Assembly: GCA_963770895.1 (NCBI GenBank)
Contig: CAVYRF010000002.1
Coordinates: forward strand, 5,568,001-5,632,000
Length of the DNA stretch: 64,000 nt
DNA from: an uncultured Acidobacteriota bacterium
Lineage (GTDB): Bacteria; Acidobacteriota; Thermoanaerobaculia; Multivoradales; UBA5704
Reading direction: 5' to 3'
Shown here piece by piece: positions 1-8,634 of the stretch. The notes under the pieces are model-generated. The model saw nothing but the letters and a program-made list of their open reading frames with translations. It was not told the origin of the DNA and made no database searches. The translations under genes were made by a program, and so were the position numbers. Every line of letters begins with the position of its first letter. The first letter of the stretch is position 1.

Positions 1-1
1 G

Positions 2-1285
2 CTGGCGCTGTCCGAGATCATGGTGATCTCCGACCAGGCCTCGGGGGTGGACCCCACCGGCATGGCGCGCTACCTCGACGTGCTCGAGCAGGACGCCTTC
101 GGCAACTATCGCCAGCTGCTGGAGGACGCGACGCTCGACCCGACGATGGGCGTGTACCTGGACATGCTCGGCAACGACGCGGGCGATCCCGCGAACGGCA
201 TCAATCCCAACGAGAACTACGCCCGCGAGGTGATGCAGCTGTTTTCGATCGGGCTCTACCAGCTGAATCCGGACGGCACCCTGGTGCTCGATTCGACCGG
301 CCTGCCCATCCCCACCTACAACCAGGACGTGGTGATGGGCTTCGCCCAGGTGTTCACCGGCTGGACCTTCGCCGGCGGCGACCACAGCGACCCGGACAAC
401 TTCTATTGGGTCGATCCCAACTGGACGCAGCCGATGGAATCGTGGCCGGAGCACCATTCGCCGGGCACCAAGCTGCTGTTGGGCGGCACCGTGCTGCCCG
501 CCGGCCAGACGCCGCAGCAGGACCTGGAGGCGGCGCTGGACCTCATCTTCCAGCATCCCAACGTCGGTCCCTTTGTCTGCAAACAGCTGATCCAGCGGCT
601 GGTGACCAGCAATCCCAGCCCGGCCTACGTCTACCGCTGCGCCCAGGCCTTTGCCGCCGACGCGCAGGGGGTGCGCGGCGACATGCAGGCGGTGCTCACC
701 GCCATCCTGACGGATTACGAGGCGCGCTCGACAACCGTCCTGGCGCAGCCCGGCTTCGGCCACCTGCGCGAGCCCGTCGTTCGCCTGGGGAGCCTGCTGC
801 GCGCCGTCCAGGCGACGCCGCCGTCCGACGGCAAGTGGCGCATCTGGTACCTGGAGGACCCGACCTACGGCCTGGACCAGAACCCGCTGCGTTCGCCGAC
901 GGTGTTCAACTTCTTTTCGCCGACCTATTCGCTGCCCGGACCGGTGGCGCAGGCGGGGCTGGTGGCGCCCGAGTTCCAGATCACCGACGAAACGTCGGTC
1001 TTCGGCGCCGCCGACTACCTGCACGACATCATCTATTACGGCGCGGCGTTCGATCCCTACACGATCTTCCCCAACTATGCAGGCATGGTCGGTCTGGACG
1101 ATTCCGACCTGCTCGACTATCTCAACCTCACCATGATGGGCAACGGCATGTCGGCGGCGACGCGGTCGCTGCTCGCAACCGCCCTGGCAGATCCCAACTT
1201 CTCGGACCCGAACGACGCCACGACGCGGGTGCGCAACCTGATCTATCTGATCATCCTGTCGCCGGACTACGTGGTCCAGCGATGA
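2..1285 (+). CDS. DUF1800 family protein, 5' end truncated by the window edge
   Basis: Motifs P(T)MGVYLDML, PNENYAREVMQLFSIG, HPNVGPF..KQLIQRLVTSNPSPAYV, LREP and PLRSPTVFNFF are typical of DUF1800. The frame is open from position 2, and the gene is followed by its usual DUF1501 partner. Confidence 0.85.
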   Translation: MALSEIMVISDQASGVDPTGMARYLDVLEQDAFGNYRQLLEDATLDPTMGVYLDMLGNDAGDPANGINPNENYAREVMQLFSIGLYQLNPDGTLVLDSTGLPIPTYNQDVVMGFAQVFTGWTFAGGDHSDPDNFYWVDPNWTQPMESWPEHHSPGTKLLLGGTVLPAGQTPQQDLEAALDLIFQHPNVGPFVCKQLIQRLVTSNPSPAYVYRCAQAFAADAQGVRGDMQAVLTAILTDYEARSTTVLAQPGFGHLREPVVRLGSLLRAVQATPPSDGKWRIWYLEDPTYGLDQNPLRSPTVFNFFSPTYSLPGPVAQAGLVAPEFQITDETSVFGAADYLHDIIYYGAAFDPYTIFPNYAGMVGLDDSDLLDYLNLTMMGNGMSAATRSLLATALADPNFSDPNDATTRVRNLIYLIILSPDYVVQR

Positions 1286-1349
1286 GCACGCCGCTCGCGG
1301 CACGGCTCCCGGCAAGGCTCTCGGCACAGGGCATGAGGCGACCAAGACA

Positions 1350-2810
1350 ATGAAACAGCGGCGGCAGGCTCAAGGGCGGACGCAAGGGTTGCACAGCGCG
1401 CGGCGGCCGGCGCCGGCGGCGAGGGGGAAGGGGGGCGCACCGCAGCCGTCCGGTCCGACCCGCCGCCAGTTTCTGCGCTCGTCGCTGTGCGCCGCGGTCG
1501 GCACCACGGCGATGGCGTCGACGCTGTTCGACCTGCGCCGGCTGGCCGCGGCCACTCCCCCGACCGGCGGCTACAAGGCGCTGGTGTGCGTCTTTCTGTA
1601 CGGCGGCAACGACAGCAACAACATGCTGGTGCCGTTCGACGCCACCGACTACGCCGCCTACGCCGCGGTGCGCCAGGGGCTGGCGCTGCCGCAGAACACG
1701 CTGCTGCCGATCAACCTGGTATCGGGCGGCGACGGGCGCCTGTGGTCGCTCCATCCCAGCATGACCGCCCTGCAAAGCCTGTTCGCCCAGCAGAAGATGG
1801 CGATCCTGGCCAACGTCGGCCCGCTGGTGACGCCGGTGTCGCTGCAGGCCTACAACAACGGCACCGCCAACCTGCCGCCGCAGCTGTTTTCGCACAGCGA
1901 CCAGACGACGCACTGGCAGACCTCGATCCCCAACCAGCCGCCGCTCACCGGGTGGGGCGGCCGGGTGGCGGACCAGCTGGTGGCGCTCAACTCCAGCTCG
2001 CAGATCTCGCTCTGCATGTCGGTTTCCGGCGCCAACACCTTCGAGGTCGGCAACCTGGTGACGCAGCTGCAGGTCCCGCCCGGCAACCCGCCGTCGCTGG
2101 ACGACTACACCCCGGACCCCACCGACCCGGTGTCGAACGCCCTGCGCGGCATGTTGCAAATGAGCTACGGCAACCTGTTTCAGACCGCCTACAGCTCGAT
2201 CGTGCAGCGCGCCATCAACGACGACCAGCTGCTGCAGACGACGCTCGCCGCCCTGCCGGCGCTCAATACGCAGTTCCCCGCGACCGACCTGGGAGCCCAG
2301 CTGCAGGCCGTGGCGCAGCTCATCCAGGCGCGCCAACCGCTGTCGCAGCAGCGCCAGATCTTCTTTGTCGCCACCGACGGCTTCGATACCCACGGCTCGC
2401 AGCTCGAAACCCAGGGCCCCCTGCTGCAGGAGCTGAGCGACGCCCTGGCGGCCTTTTATGCCGCAACCGTCGAGATGCAGGTGCAGGGCAGCGTCACCGC
2501 CTTCACCGCCTCCGACTTCGGCCGCACCTACCTGAGCAACGGCGACGGCAGCGATCACGGCTGGGGCAGCCACCACCTGATCGTCGGCGGCGCCGTCAAC
2601 GGCGGCAGCCTCTACGGCCAGATGCCCAGCCTGGCGATCAACGGTCCCGACGACACCGGCGAAGGCCGCTGGATCCCCTCCACCTCGGTCGACGAATACT
2701 CGGCAACCCTGGCCAAGTGGTTCGGCGTCAGCGCCTCGGACATGCCGACCGTCTTTCCCAACCTGGGCCAATTCGGCCACCCCGACCTGGGCTTCCTGAG
2801 CGCCAGCTGA
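1350..2810 (+). CDS. DUF1501 family protein with Tat signal
   Basis: Twin-arginine motif TRRQFL; YKALVCVFLYGGNDSNN, QLFSHSDQ, GFDTH, SDFGRT and GSDHGWG motifs. Confidence 0.88.
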   Translation: MKQRRQAQGRTQGLHSARRPAPAARGKGGAPQPSGPTRRQFLRSSLCAAVGTTAMASTLFDLRRLAAATPPTGGYKALVCVFLYGGNDSNNMLVPFDATDYAAYAAVRQGLALPQNTLLPINLVSGGDGRLWSLHPSMTALQSLFAQQKMAILANVGPLVTPVSLQAYNNGTANLPPQLFSHSDQTTHWQTSIPNQPPLTGWGGRVADQLVALNSSSQISLCMSVSGANTFEVGNLVTQLQVPPGNPPSLDDYTPDPTDPVSNALRGMLQMSYGNLFQTAYSSIVQRAINDDQLLQTTLAALPALNTQFPATDLGAQLQAVAQLIQARQPLSQQRQIFFVATDGFDTHGSQLETQGPLLQELSDALAAFYAATVEMQVQGSVTAFTASDFGRTYLSNGDGSDHGWGSHHLIVGGAVNGGSLYGQMPSLAINGPDDTGEGRWIPSTSVDEYSATLAKWFGVSASDMPTVFPNLGQFGHPDLGFLSAS

Positions 2811-2864
2811 ACCAGCCGGAAAGCCGCCAAACCGAAGACGGTCGGTGCCCCGGAGCGACCGGTG

Positions 2865-2910
2865 TGCATCGATGCAGTGATGGTGCATTCTGGTGCACTT
2901 TGGTGTATCG
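2865..2910. promoter_or_regulatory. Putative operator of the RHH gene: palindrome plus three 10-bp-phased TGGTGYA boxes
   Basis: TGCATCGATGCA at 2865-2876, then TGGTGCATTC/TGGTGCACTT/TGGTGTATCG at 2881-2910, directly before the ATG at 2918. Confidence 0.4.
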
Positions 2911-2917
2911 TCGCTGC

Positions 2918-3175
2918 ATGGTGACTCCACAGAAGCCTGTCCGCCAGAGCCTGAGCCTACCCCCGGCCGTGGCTCGGCGCGTCAGGTCGCTCGCGAAGAT
3001 GAGCCGCACCAGCACAAACCGAGTGCTGGTGGATCTGATCGAGTCAGGGTTGGCGGCGAGGGAGCAGGAAAAAAAGCGTTTCTTCGAGTTGGCCGACCGG
3101 CTGGCGCTCTCCCAGGATCCGGAAGAGCAACGCCGGGTCAAGGAGGAGCTGGCGCTCATGACATTTGGTGAGTGA
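2918..3175 (+). CDS. Small ribbon-helix-helix (CopG-like) protein, putative antitoxin, 85 aa
   Basis: C-terminal part of ORF 1487..3175: MVTPQKPVRQSLSLPPAVARRVRSLAKMSRTSTNRVLVDLIESGL has the alternating beta-strand plus two-helix RHH pattern. Confidence 0.7.
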   Translation: MVTPQKPVRQSLSLPPAVARRVRSLAKMSRTSTNRVLVDLIESGLAAREQEKKRFFELADRLALSQDPEEQRRVKEELALMTFGE

Positions 3176-3186
3176 TGCCGGAGATC

Positions 3187-3468
3187 CGGTGGAGCAAGCG
3201 CTTGGCCCGATTGCGGTCGCGCCGTCAGGCGCGCCGCGGTCGGGCCAACCGCACGGGACCGGCCTCGCTACACCTGGAAAGCCGTGCACTGCGAATCAGG
3301 CACACCGCGCACACCGCGCCCTCCGCCGGTGCCCCCCTTTTCCCGATTCGAAAACAGCGCGGCGGGCTCTGCGCCGGGGGACACCGGCGCGGGGCTTACT
3401 CCCAAGGTCTGTGGCGGGCGCCGGCACCTTTGCGCGCGACCACGGGAATTGCCGGGCGCCCGGCGCAC
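3187..3468. repeat. ~280-bp structured repeat, copy 1
   Basis: Aligns along its length with 4651-4923. It has three GC-rich stem-loops: TTGGCCCGATTGCGG..CCGCGGTCGGGCCAA; CGCCGGTGCCCCC..GGGGGACACCGGCG; GGGCGCCGGCA..TGCCGGGCGCCC. Confidence 0.85.
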
Positions 3469-3514
3469 CGCCATGCCGCAGCCGCCTCGTCTTGCCATAT
3501 CGATCTATGGTTGG

Positions 3515-3528
3515 CCATATGGTATCTT
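3515..3528 (+). promoter_or_regulatory. Putative extended -10 promoter (leaderless vapB mRNA) overlapping a palindromic TA operator
   Basis: TG-G-TATCTT at 3520-3528, 8 nt before the ATG at 3537 with no RBS; CCATATGG palindrome at 3515-3522. Confidence 0.45.
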
Positions 3529-3536
3529 GAGCTGCT

Positions 3537-3743
3537 ATGGAGCAAAAAACGCGCAAAGTCACGGTCGGATTGCCACAGGAGCTTCTGCGGAAAGCACAGC
3601 GGACTACCGGCGCTGGCATCACCGCCACCATCCGGCGCGGATTGGAGCTGGTTGCTGCCGGCAGGGCTTACGAGGAACTGCTTCATCTCAGGGGCAAGGT
3701 GACGCTGTCGATCGACCTCAAGCAGCTGAGGGAGGATCGGTGA
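3537..3743 (+). CDS. vapB: VapB-like antitoxin
   Basis: 68 aa; RKVTVGLPQELLRKAQ..GITATIRRGLE (RHH-like). Its stop overlaps the PIN gene start (GTGA). Confidence 0.75.
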   Translation: MEQKTRKVTVGLPQELLRKAQRTTGAGITATIRRGLELVAAGRAYEELLHLRGKVTLSIDLKQLREDR

Positions 3744-4117
3744 TCGCAATCGATACCAGCGCCTGGGTCGCTTTCTTCGGCGGCTCCCTCGGCAAGGACG
3801 TCGAGCTGGTGGGCAAGGCGCTGGCAGACGGCCAAGTCTGTTTGGCGCCGGTGGTCCTTACGGAGTTGCTGAGCGATCCGCAGTTGCCGCGGCGGGTCGC
3901 CGCACTGCTTGAGGATCTCCCTCTCCTTGAGATCACAGAGGGTTACTGGGAGAGGGCGGGTAACCTGCGATCCGAGATTCTGTCCCAGAAGCTCAAGGCC
4001 AAGCTGGCCGATACCCTGATTGCTCAGAGCTGCTTGGACCACGGTGTAGCGCTCGTCACCAGGGATGGCGACTTTCGCCATTTCGCCGCGGCCCGGGGCC
4101 TGAAGCTACTCGGCTGA
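3740..4117 (+). CDS. vapC: VapC PIN-domain toxin, 125 aa
   Basis: IAIDTSAW, VVLTELL, ADTLIAQSC and LVTRDGDF supply the PIN acidic tetrad. GTG start with a GGAGG RBS. Confidence 0.9.
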   Translation: MIAIDTSAWVAFFGGSLGKDVELVGKALADGQVCLAPVVLTELLSDPQLPRRVAALLEDLPLLEITEGYWERAGNLRSEILSQKLKAKLADTLIAQSCLDHGVALVTRDGDFRHFAAARGLKLLG

Positions 4118-4147
4118 ACGGCTGGTGCCTTCCAGTCCGAAGTTGGG

Positions 4148-4309
4148 TCAATCCGGCCGCCGCGCGATCCCTGATGCCCGTTGTGCACAAGAAGACGGAG
4201 ATGGGTTTGGCTGGGCATTCCCAGGCGAAAATCCTCGCTAGCATCAAGACGGCGTTCCGCGGGAAGGAACTGCCCGACTTGGAGCCTGGAGCGATGAGCT
4301 ACATGATGG
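4148..4309 (+). pseudogene. Internal fragment paralogous to the secreted protein gene at 5270-6034
   Basis: NPAAARSLMPVVHKKTEMGLAGHS..ELPDLEPGAMSYMM matches ~5625-5786 at both DNA and protein level, but lacks both ends. Confidence 0.8.
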
Positions 4310-4330
4310 GCGGGGTATCATGCCCATGTC

Positions 4331-4545
4331 ATGGTTTCGACTCTTACGGACACGCCGCCGGAAGTTGAAGAGATCCTTGTCGAGGGTTATCGCCGGATGT
4401 CCCCTGCCGAGCGGCTGGCCCGCGCGCTCGACCTCGGCCGCGCCGTGCAGCAGCTGGCCCTTGCCCGCATCCTCGCCCGCTATGGCCCCAATCTCTCCGA
4501 GCGCGAAGCGCGCCTCCGCTTGGCCGCCCTCTGGCTGCCGCGCGA
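4331..4545 (+). pseudogene. Small uncharacterised TA-associated-type protein, apparently truncated at the 3' end
   Basis: DTPPEVEEILVEGYRRMSPAERLARALDL..RYGPNLSEREARLRLAALWL is protein-like. The frame then drifts into non-coding-looking sequence and repeat copy 2. The family assignment is from recollection only. Confidence 0.45.
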
Positions 4546-4650
4546 AAGAAGCTCGTCCGCCAGAGCCTTCGCGCCGTCAGGTCTGCTCCATGCCGGGCGC
4601 TCTCCTCGACTCCTGGTCAAAGCGCACTCAGCGCCAGCGCCCGTCACCAA

Positions 4651-4923
4651 CGGTGGGAGCAAGTGCCCGGCCCGATTGCGGTCGCGCCGCCAGGCGCGCC
4701 GCGATCGGGCCAACCGCACAGGACCGGCCTTGCTACACCTGGAAAGCCGTGGCACCGAGACCAGGCCGTATCGCGTCCTTCGCCGGTGTCCCCCTTTCCC
4801 GATTCGGAACAGCACGGCGGTCCCTGCCGCGGGGGACACCGGCGCGGGGCTTGCTCCCAAGGTCTGCGGCGGGCGCCGGCACCTTGCGCGCGACCATGGG
4901 GATTGCCGGGCGCCCGACGCACA
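4651..4923. repeat. ~270-bp structured repeat, copy 2
   Basis: Diverged direct copy of 3187-3468 with the same three stems. Confidence 0.85.
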
Positions 4924-4924
4924 G

Positions 4925-4974
4925 TGTCGACCGACCTCTATCAGCTGAGAGGATCGGTGATCGCGATCGATACC
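4925..4974 (+). pseudogene. Remnant of the vapB/vapC junction
   Basis: TGTCGACCGACCTCTATCAGCTGAGAGGATCGGTGATCGCGATCGATACC matches TGTCGATCGACCTCAAGCAGCTGAGGGAGGATCGGTGATCGCAATCGATACC at ~3706-3757. Confidence 0.75.
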
Positions 4975-5269
4975 GGGGACGGAAGAGTGCTGGCCGCGCT
5001 GCAGGCGCCTCGCGCGCTGCCGAAGTGGATCTTCGCCTTTTGCGTGGGTTGGTGCGAAGATTGTTTCGGCTAGGAGGGGTACCACGGCTTGGTCAGGCAG
5101 GCTGCGCGGCAGCCAGCGACCGATGTTCTTGTCGGAATCCCATGGGCAGATCGCCACCGGTTTGCAGGTCCGGTATGGTGCCGCCTCTCCGATACCGAGA
5201 GGTGGTGCGGCCGTGCGGTTTTGCTGTGATGCAGGTTGCGCTTGCGGGACCTCTGAGAAAGGAACGACC

Positions 5270-6034
5270 ATGAAGCGAGTACGGCAGAGCGGGCGGATCG
5301 CTGGCAGCGCGGTGATGAGCTTGATGGTTCTGGGCGGCGTTCTGGGTGCCGGGCAGCGTGCGGAGGCTGCCAGGGCAGAATACCCGCGGATGGCGCCGAT
5401 CGATCAGTACATGATGTCCGACCGGAATGCCGAGATCGCTTTGGCGCGCAGCGCGGCCCCGGAGGCCATATCTCGCGACGCCAGGATCCTGGTGCTGGGA
5501 AGGCATGGGTACGAAACGGCCGTCGAAGGCAAGAACGGGTTTGTGTGCATCGTGGAACGAGGGTGGACCAGCGCCTTCGATTTCCCGGACGTGTGGAACC
5601 CGAAGCTCCGCGGCCCGGTCTGCCTCAATCCGGCCGCCGCGCGATCGCTGATGCCGGTTGTGTACAGGAAGACGGAGATGGTGTTGGCTGGGCATTCCCC
5701 GGCGGAGATCCTCGCCAGTCTCAAGACGGCGTATCGCCAAAAGGAACTGCCCGGCCTGGAGCCCGGTGCGATGAGCTACATGATGTCGAAGGCGGCGTAC
5801 CTCACCGATGACGGCGGGCACAACATGGCGCACCTGATGTTCTACGTTTTGACCAAGGATCGCTCGACCTGGGGAGCGGACCTGCCCAAGTCGCCGATCG
5901 ACTCAGGGTCCTTCTGGTTCCCCGCCGACCTGGCAAATCCGCAAGAAGAAGGCCTTCCTCCCATCGTTGTGTTCATCGCCCCCGTCCCGACGTGGTCCGA
6001 TGGAACGGCTGCCACCCATCAAGCAATGCCCTGA
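5270..6034 (+). CDS. Secreted hypothetical protein
   Basis: GAAAGGAA RBS; signal peptide MKRVRQ..hydrophobic..AEAARA; conserved-looking core YPRMAPIDQY..EIALARSAAP..KNGFVCIVER. Confidence 0.75.
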   Translation: MKRVRQSGRIAGSAVMSLMVLGGVLGAGQRAEAARAEYPRMAPIDQYMMSDRNAEIALARSAAPEAISRDARILVLGRHGYETAVEGKNGFVCIVERGWTSAFDFPDVWNPKLRGPVCLNPAAARSLMPVVYRKTEMVLAGHSPAEILASLKTAYRQKELPGLEPGAMSYMMSKAAYLTDDGGHNMAHLMFYVLTKDRSTWGADLPKSPIDSGSFWFPADLANPQEEGLPPIVVFIAPVPTWSDGTAATHQAMP

Positions 6035-6189
6035 GTTGGAAGAAGGCCGCGCGCGGAGGCATCGGCGAGGGAGGGGACAACGGAAAAGGGCCACCCGGTC
6101 AGGGGTGGCCCATGGCAATCGATCACGATGCCGCGCGGGGTGGGGTGAGATCTCACCGCGATCCCGGCGCGGGTCGGGGATTTGCTCGA

Positions 6190-6399
6190 TCAGGAAATGC
6201 GGGTGACGTTCGCCGCAGCGGCGCCCTTGGCGCTCTGGACGACGTCGAATTCGACGCGCTCGCCCTCGGCCAGGCTCTTGAAGCCCTCGCCCTGAATTGC
6301 CGAGTGATGGACGAAGCAATCCTTGCCACCGTCCTCCGGCGTGATGAATCCAAAACCCTTCGCATCATTGAACCACTTCACTCTTCCGGTGTTACGCAT
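6190..6399 (-). CDS. cspA: Cold-shock protein (CspA family)
   Basis: [15 protein letters not shown] (RNP1) and CFVHHSAI (RNP2); 69 aa. Confidence 0.95.
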   Translation of the reverse strand: MRNTGRVKWFNDAKGFGFITPEDGGKDCFVHHSAIQGEGFKSLAEGERVEFDVVQSAKGAAAANVTRIS

Positions 6400-6434
6400 T
6401 GTCTTTCTTCTCTCTTTCTAGGGCTTTTCCCGCC

Positions 6435-6472
6435 AAAAACACAAAAGGCCCGGTAGTAACCAGGCCTTTGTC
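6435..6472 (-). terminator. Intrinsic terminator-like hairpin in the cspA leader
   Basis: On the minus strand: ACAAAGGCC-TGGTTACTACCG-GGCCTTTTGT followed by GTTTTT. Confidence 0.5.
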
Positions 6473-6525
6473 ATAGTCTCTGGCGTACAGCGCAGGGCCA
6501 ACCGTTGACCCAACGCTAGAGGCAC

Positions 6526-6554
6526 GTTTTACTCCAAGTCTTGGCCTTTGTCAA
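6526..6554 (-). promoter_or_regulatory. Sigma70-type promoter of cspA
   Basis: Minus strand TTGACA (6554-6549), 17-bp spacer, TAAAAC (6531-6526). Confidence 0.6.
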
Positions 6555-6622
6555 GAGCTGAATCGCAGATTGTGGCGCGGCAAGCTTGGGCACCGCCGAT
6601 TTGGCGGGTACAGGGCGGGGCG

Positions 6623-8053
6623 CTAGAGGGGCACTCGTCGGACCTGGGATGGGGTTGGGTGCGCGTCGGGCTTCTGGGTGCCGTCGTCGGCCAGCCGGTC
6701 CCAGCCGCTGTTGGCGATGAAGAAGAAGTCCCGGCCCACGACGACGCCATGGGTGGGCACACCCAGGCCGGGGGAGCTGCTGTCGAGGGGCTCCCAGCGG
6801 AGGATGCGGGTCTGCGTGGGGTCGAGGCGAAAGCGCACCACGCGGTTGGGCTCGGTGCCGTTCTGCACCGCGATCAGCGAGTCGCCGGCAAGGTACATCC
6901 CGTCGATGCCGCTGACCGCCACCTCCGGTGGATGCGACATCCAGGTGACCTGGCGGGTGGTCAGGTCCACGACGCCGATGCCGCGCAGGTAGTCGGCGAC
7001 GAACAGGCGGCGGGCGTCGGCGGCGACCGCCGGGTTTTGCGGCGAAACGAAGGTGCCAGGCGGCACCAGGACCTCCAGCTGCGCGCCGCCTGGCCGGATG
7101 GTGTAGACGGCGCCGGTCACGGCCTCCGACACGAAGACGTCGCCGCCGGGCGCCACGGTCATGTCGCCCAGGACCCGCGAGCGGTCTTCGGCCGGTTCCG
7201 CTGGCGCCGCCGGCGCCACGGTGGCTGCCGCGCCCGTTGCCGCCGCCGGCGCGGGCGGCGTGGGGGGTGGAGGGGCGACCGGCAAGTCGTAGCGGCGCAC
7301 CAGCTTGCCGGTGGCCAGGTCGTAGCGCAGCACGGCGGTGTGCCCAAGGTCGGCCGGCCGGTAGGTCAGCGTCTGCGGCATCGCGGCGGTGGTGGCCCAG
7401 AGGATGCCGCGGGGTGCGTCGACCGCCAGCGCCAAGATGCCCCAGATGGCGTCGCGCCCGGCGGGCACGAAGTCCGTCGCGGCGCCGCTATTGGCATCCA
7501 CCGCCAGAATCCTGGCCTGGCGAACGCTGCTGACAAAATAGCGCCGGGTGGCCGGATCGTAGGCCAGGTCTTCGGCCAGCAGGCCCGGATCGCGCAGGGT
7601 GAACGCCACGGCCGCGTGCGTCGCCGGCTGCCGGTTGGCGTCCAGCCTGGCCTGGACGGCGGCATAGCCTGGCTGCTGCCGCAGGCTCGCCAGCTCGGGC
7701 TCGGCGGCGAGGTCCCGCACCAGGCCCATCGCGGCATAGACGTGCAGCCAATCGAGCGCCGCGGCGGGATGGCCGAGCAGGGCCTCAGCCTTGGCCGCCG
7801 CCATTACGATTTCGGGGTTTCCCGACAGCAGCTGGTCGAGCTGGCCGACTTCGCTGCGATACAGCGCATAGTCCCTGGCGTCGTGCGCCACCTTGGCGGC
7901 GTGGTTCACCTCTTGCCAGGAGCGCGGCGGCGGCGCCGACGCAGCCGCCGGCGCGGCGGACGCGTCGTGGCAACCGGCCGCATCCTGCGCGGCAAGCGAG
8001 GCGCCAGCTGTGCCAACCAGGACCAGGATGGCGATACCGGGAAGGAGTTTCAT
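6623..8053 (-). CDS. Secreted SMP-30/gluconolactonase-like beta-propeller protein with an N-terminal helical domain
   Basis: Signal peptide MKLLPGIAILVLVG. Propeller blades LAEDLAYDP..YFVSS, LGDMTVAPGGDVFVSE, SPQNPAV..LFVADY and GIDGMY..LIAVQNG. Confidence 0.7.
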   Translation of the reverse strand: MKLLPGIAILVLVGTAGASLAAQDAAGCHDASAAPAAASAPPPRSWQEVNHAAKVAHDARDYALYRSEVGQLDQLLSGNPEIVMAAAKAEALLGHPAAALDWLHVYAAMGLVRDLAAEPELASLRQQPGYAAVQARLDANRQPATHAAVAFTLRDPGLLAEDLAYDPATRRYFVSSVRQARILAVDANSGAATDFVPAGRDAIWGILALAVDAPRGILWATTAAMPQTLTYRPADLGHTAVLRYDLATGKLVRRYDLPVAPPPPTPPAPAAATGAAATVAPAAPAEPAEDRSRVLGDMTVAPGGDVFVSEAVTGAVYTIRPGGAQLEVLVPPGTFVSPQNPAVAADARRLFVADYLRGIGVVDLTTRQVTWMSHPPEVAVSGIDGMYLAGDSLIAVQNGTEPNRVVRFRLDPTQTRILRWEPLDSSSPGLGVPTHGVVVGRDFFFIANSGWDRLADDGTQKPDAHPTPSQVRRVPL

Positions 8054-8214
8054 GGTGCGACATCGTAGCTCACGCGATGCCACACCGCGCTCGCCGCCGG
8101 CGATCGGTTCCTCCCCAACCCGGTCCTCCCCCAACCGATAGAAGGAGCGCTCGCGTGCAAGCAAAACGGTGTCAGGGGTTGGGGGAGGGGGACGGAGGGC
8201 CGGCTGAGGTCAGG

Positions 8215-8379
8215 CTATGCGCAGCCGACGCAGGATTTGCACTCGGTGTGCGGGTTGGTCGGACAAAGGCTGGTGCAGGTCGTCGGCGTGTTGCCGCCGG
8301 CGGCGTCGCGCAGACTCCCCTCGCGCAGCAGGTGCAGGGTTTCACGGCGGAGGGTGAGCTTGTTGAGCGTACGCTTCAT
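8215..8379 (-). CDS. RiPP (lanthipeptide-like) precursor peptide, 54 aa
   Basis: GAAAGGA RBS. Leader MKRTLNKLTLRRETLHLLREGSLRDAAGG ends in double-Gly; core NTPTTCTSLCPTNPHTECKSCVGCA has 5 Cys and 8 Ser/Thr. Confidence 0.7.
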   Translation of the reverse strand: MKRTLNKLTLRRETLHLLREGSLRDAAGGNTPTTCTSLCPTNPHTECKSCVGCA

Positions 8380-8634
8380 GTTCCCATCCTTTCGCATGAG
8401 CTCCACGGTCCACGATGGACCGCGAAGAGAGGAGCCGTCCAACTTGAAAATGCTCCTTCACCATAGCGAGTGTAGGCAACGCCGCAAAGCGTGCCTGCCG
8501 TGGCCATCGCGAGCGGACTTGCGGAGCAGGCGGTTGGGGAGGGGCAACCTCGCTCGAGATTGCGCAGACGGGGGCGGGGGTGGGCCTGTACGATTGGCAT
8601 TGGACACGCTACTGGTGGCGCGGAGGAGACGCGG

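Noticed and set aside
1487-2917. N-terminal extension of the 562-aa ORF
   Set aside because: It overlaps DUF1501 out of frame and is Arg/Pro noise; only 2918-3175 is credible.
3187-4923. Repeats as integron attC sites
   Set aside because: No convincing paired RYYYAAC/GTTRRRY ends, they are long for attC, and no integrase is present in the window.
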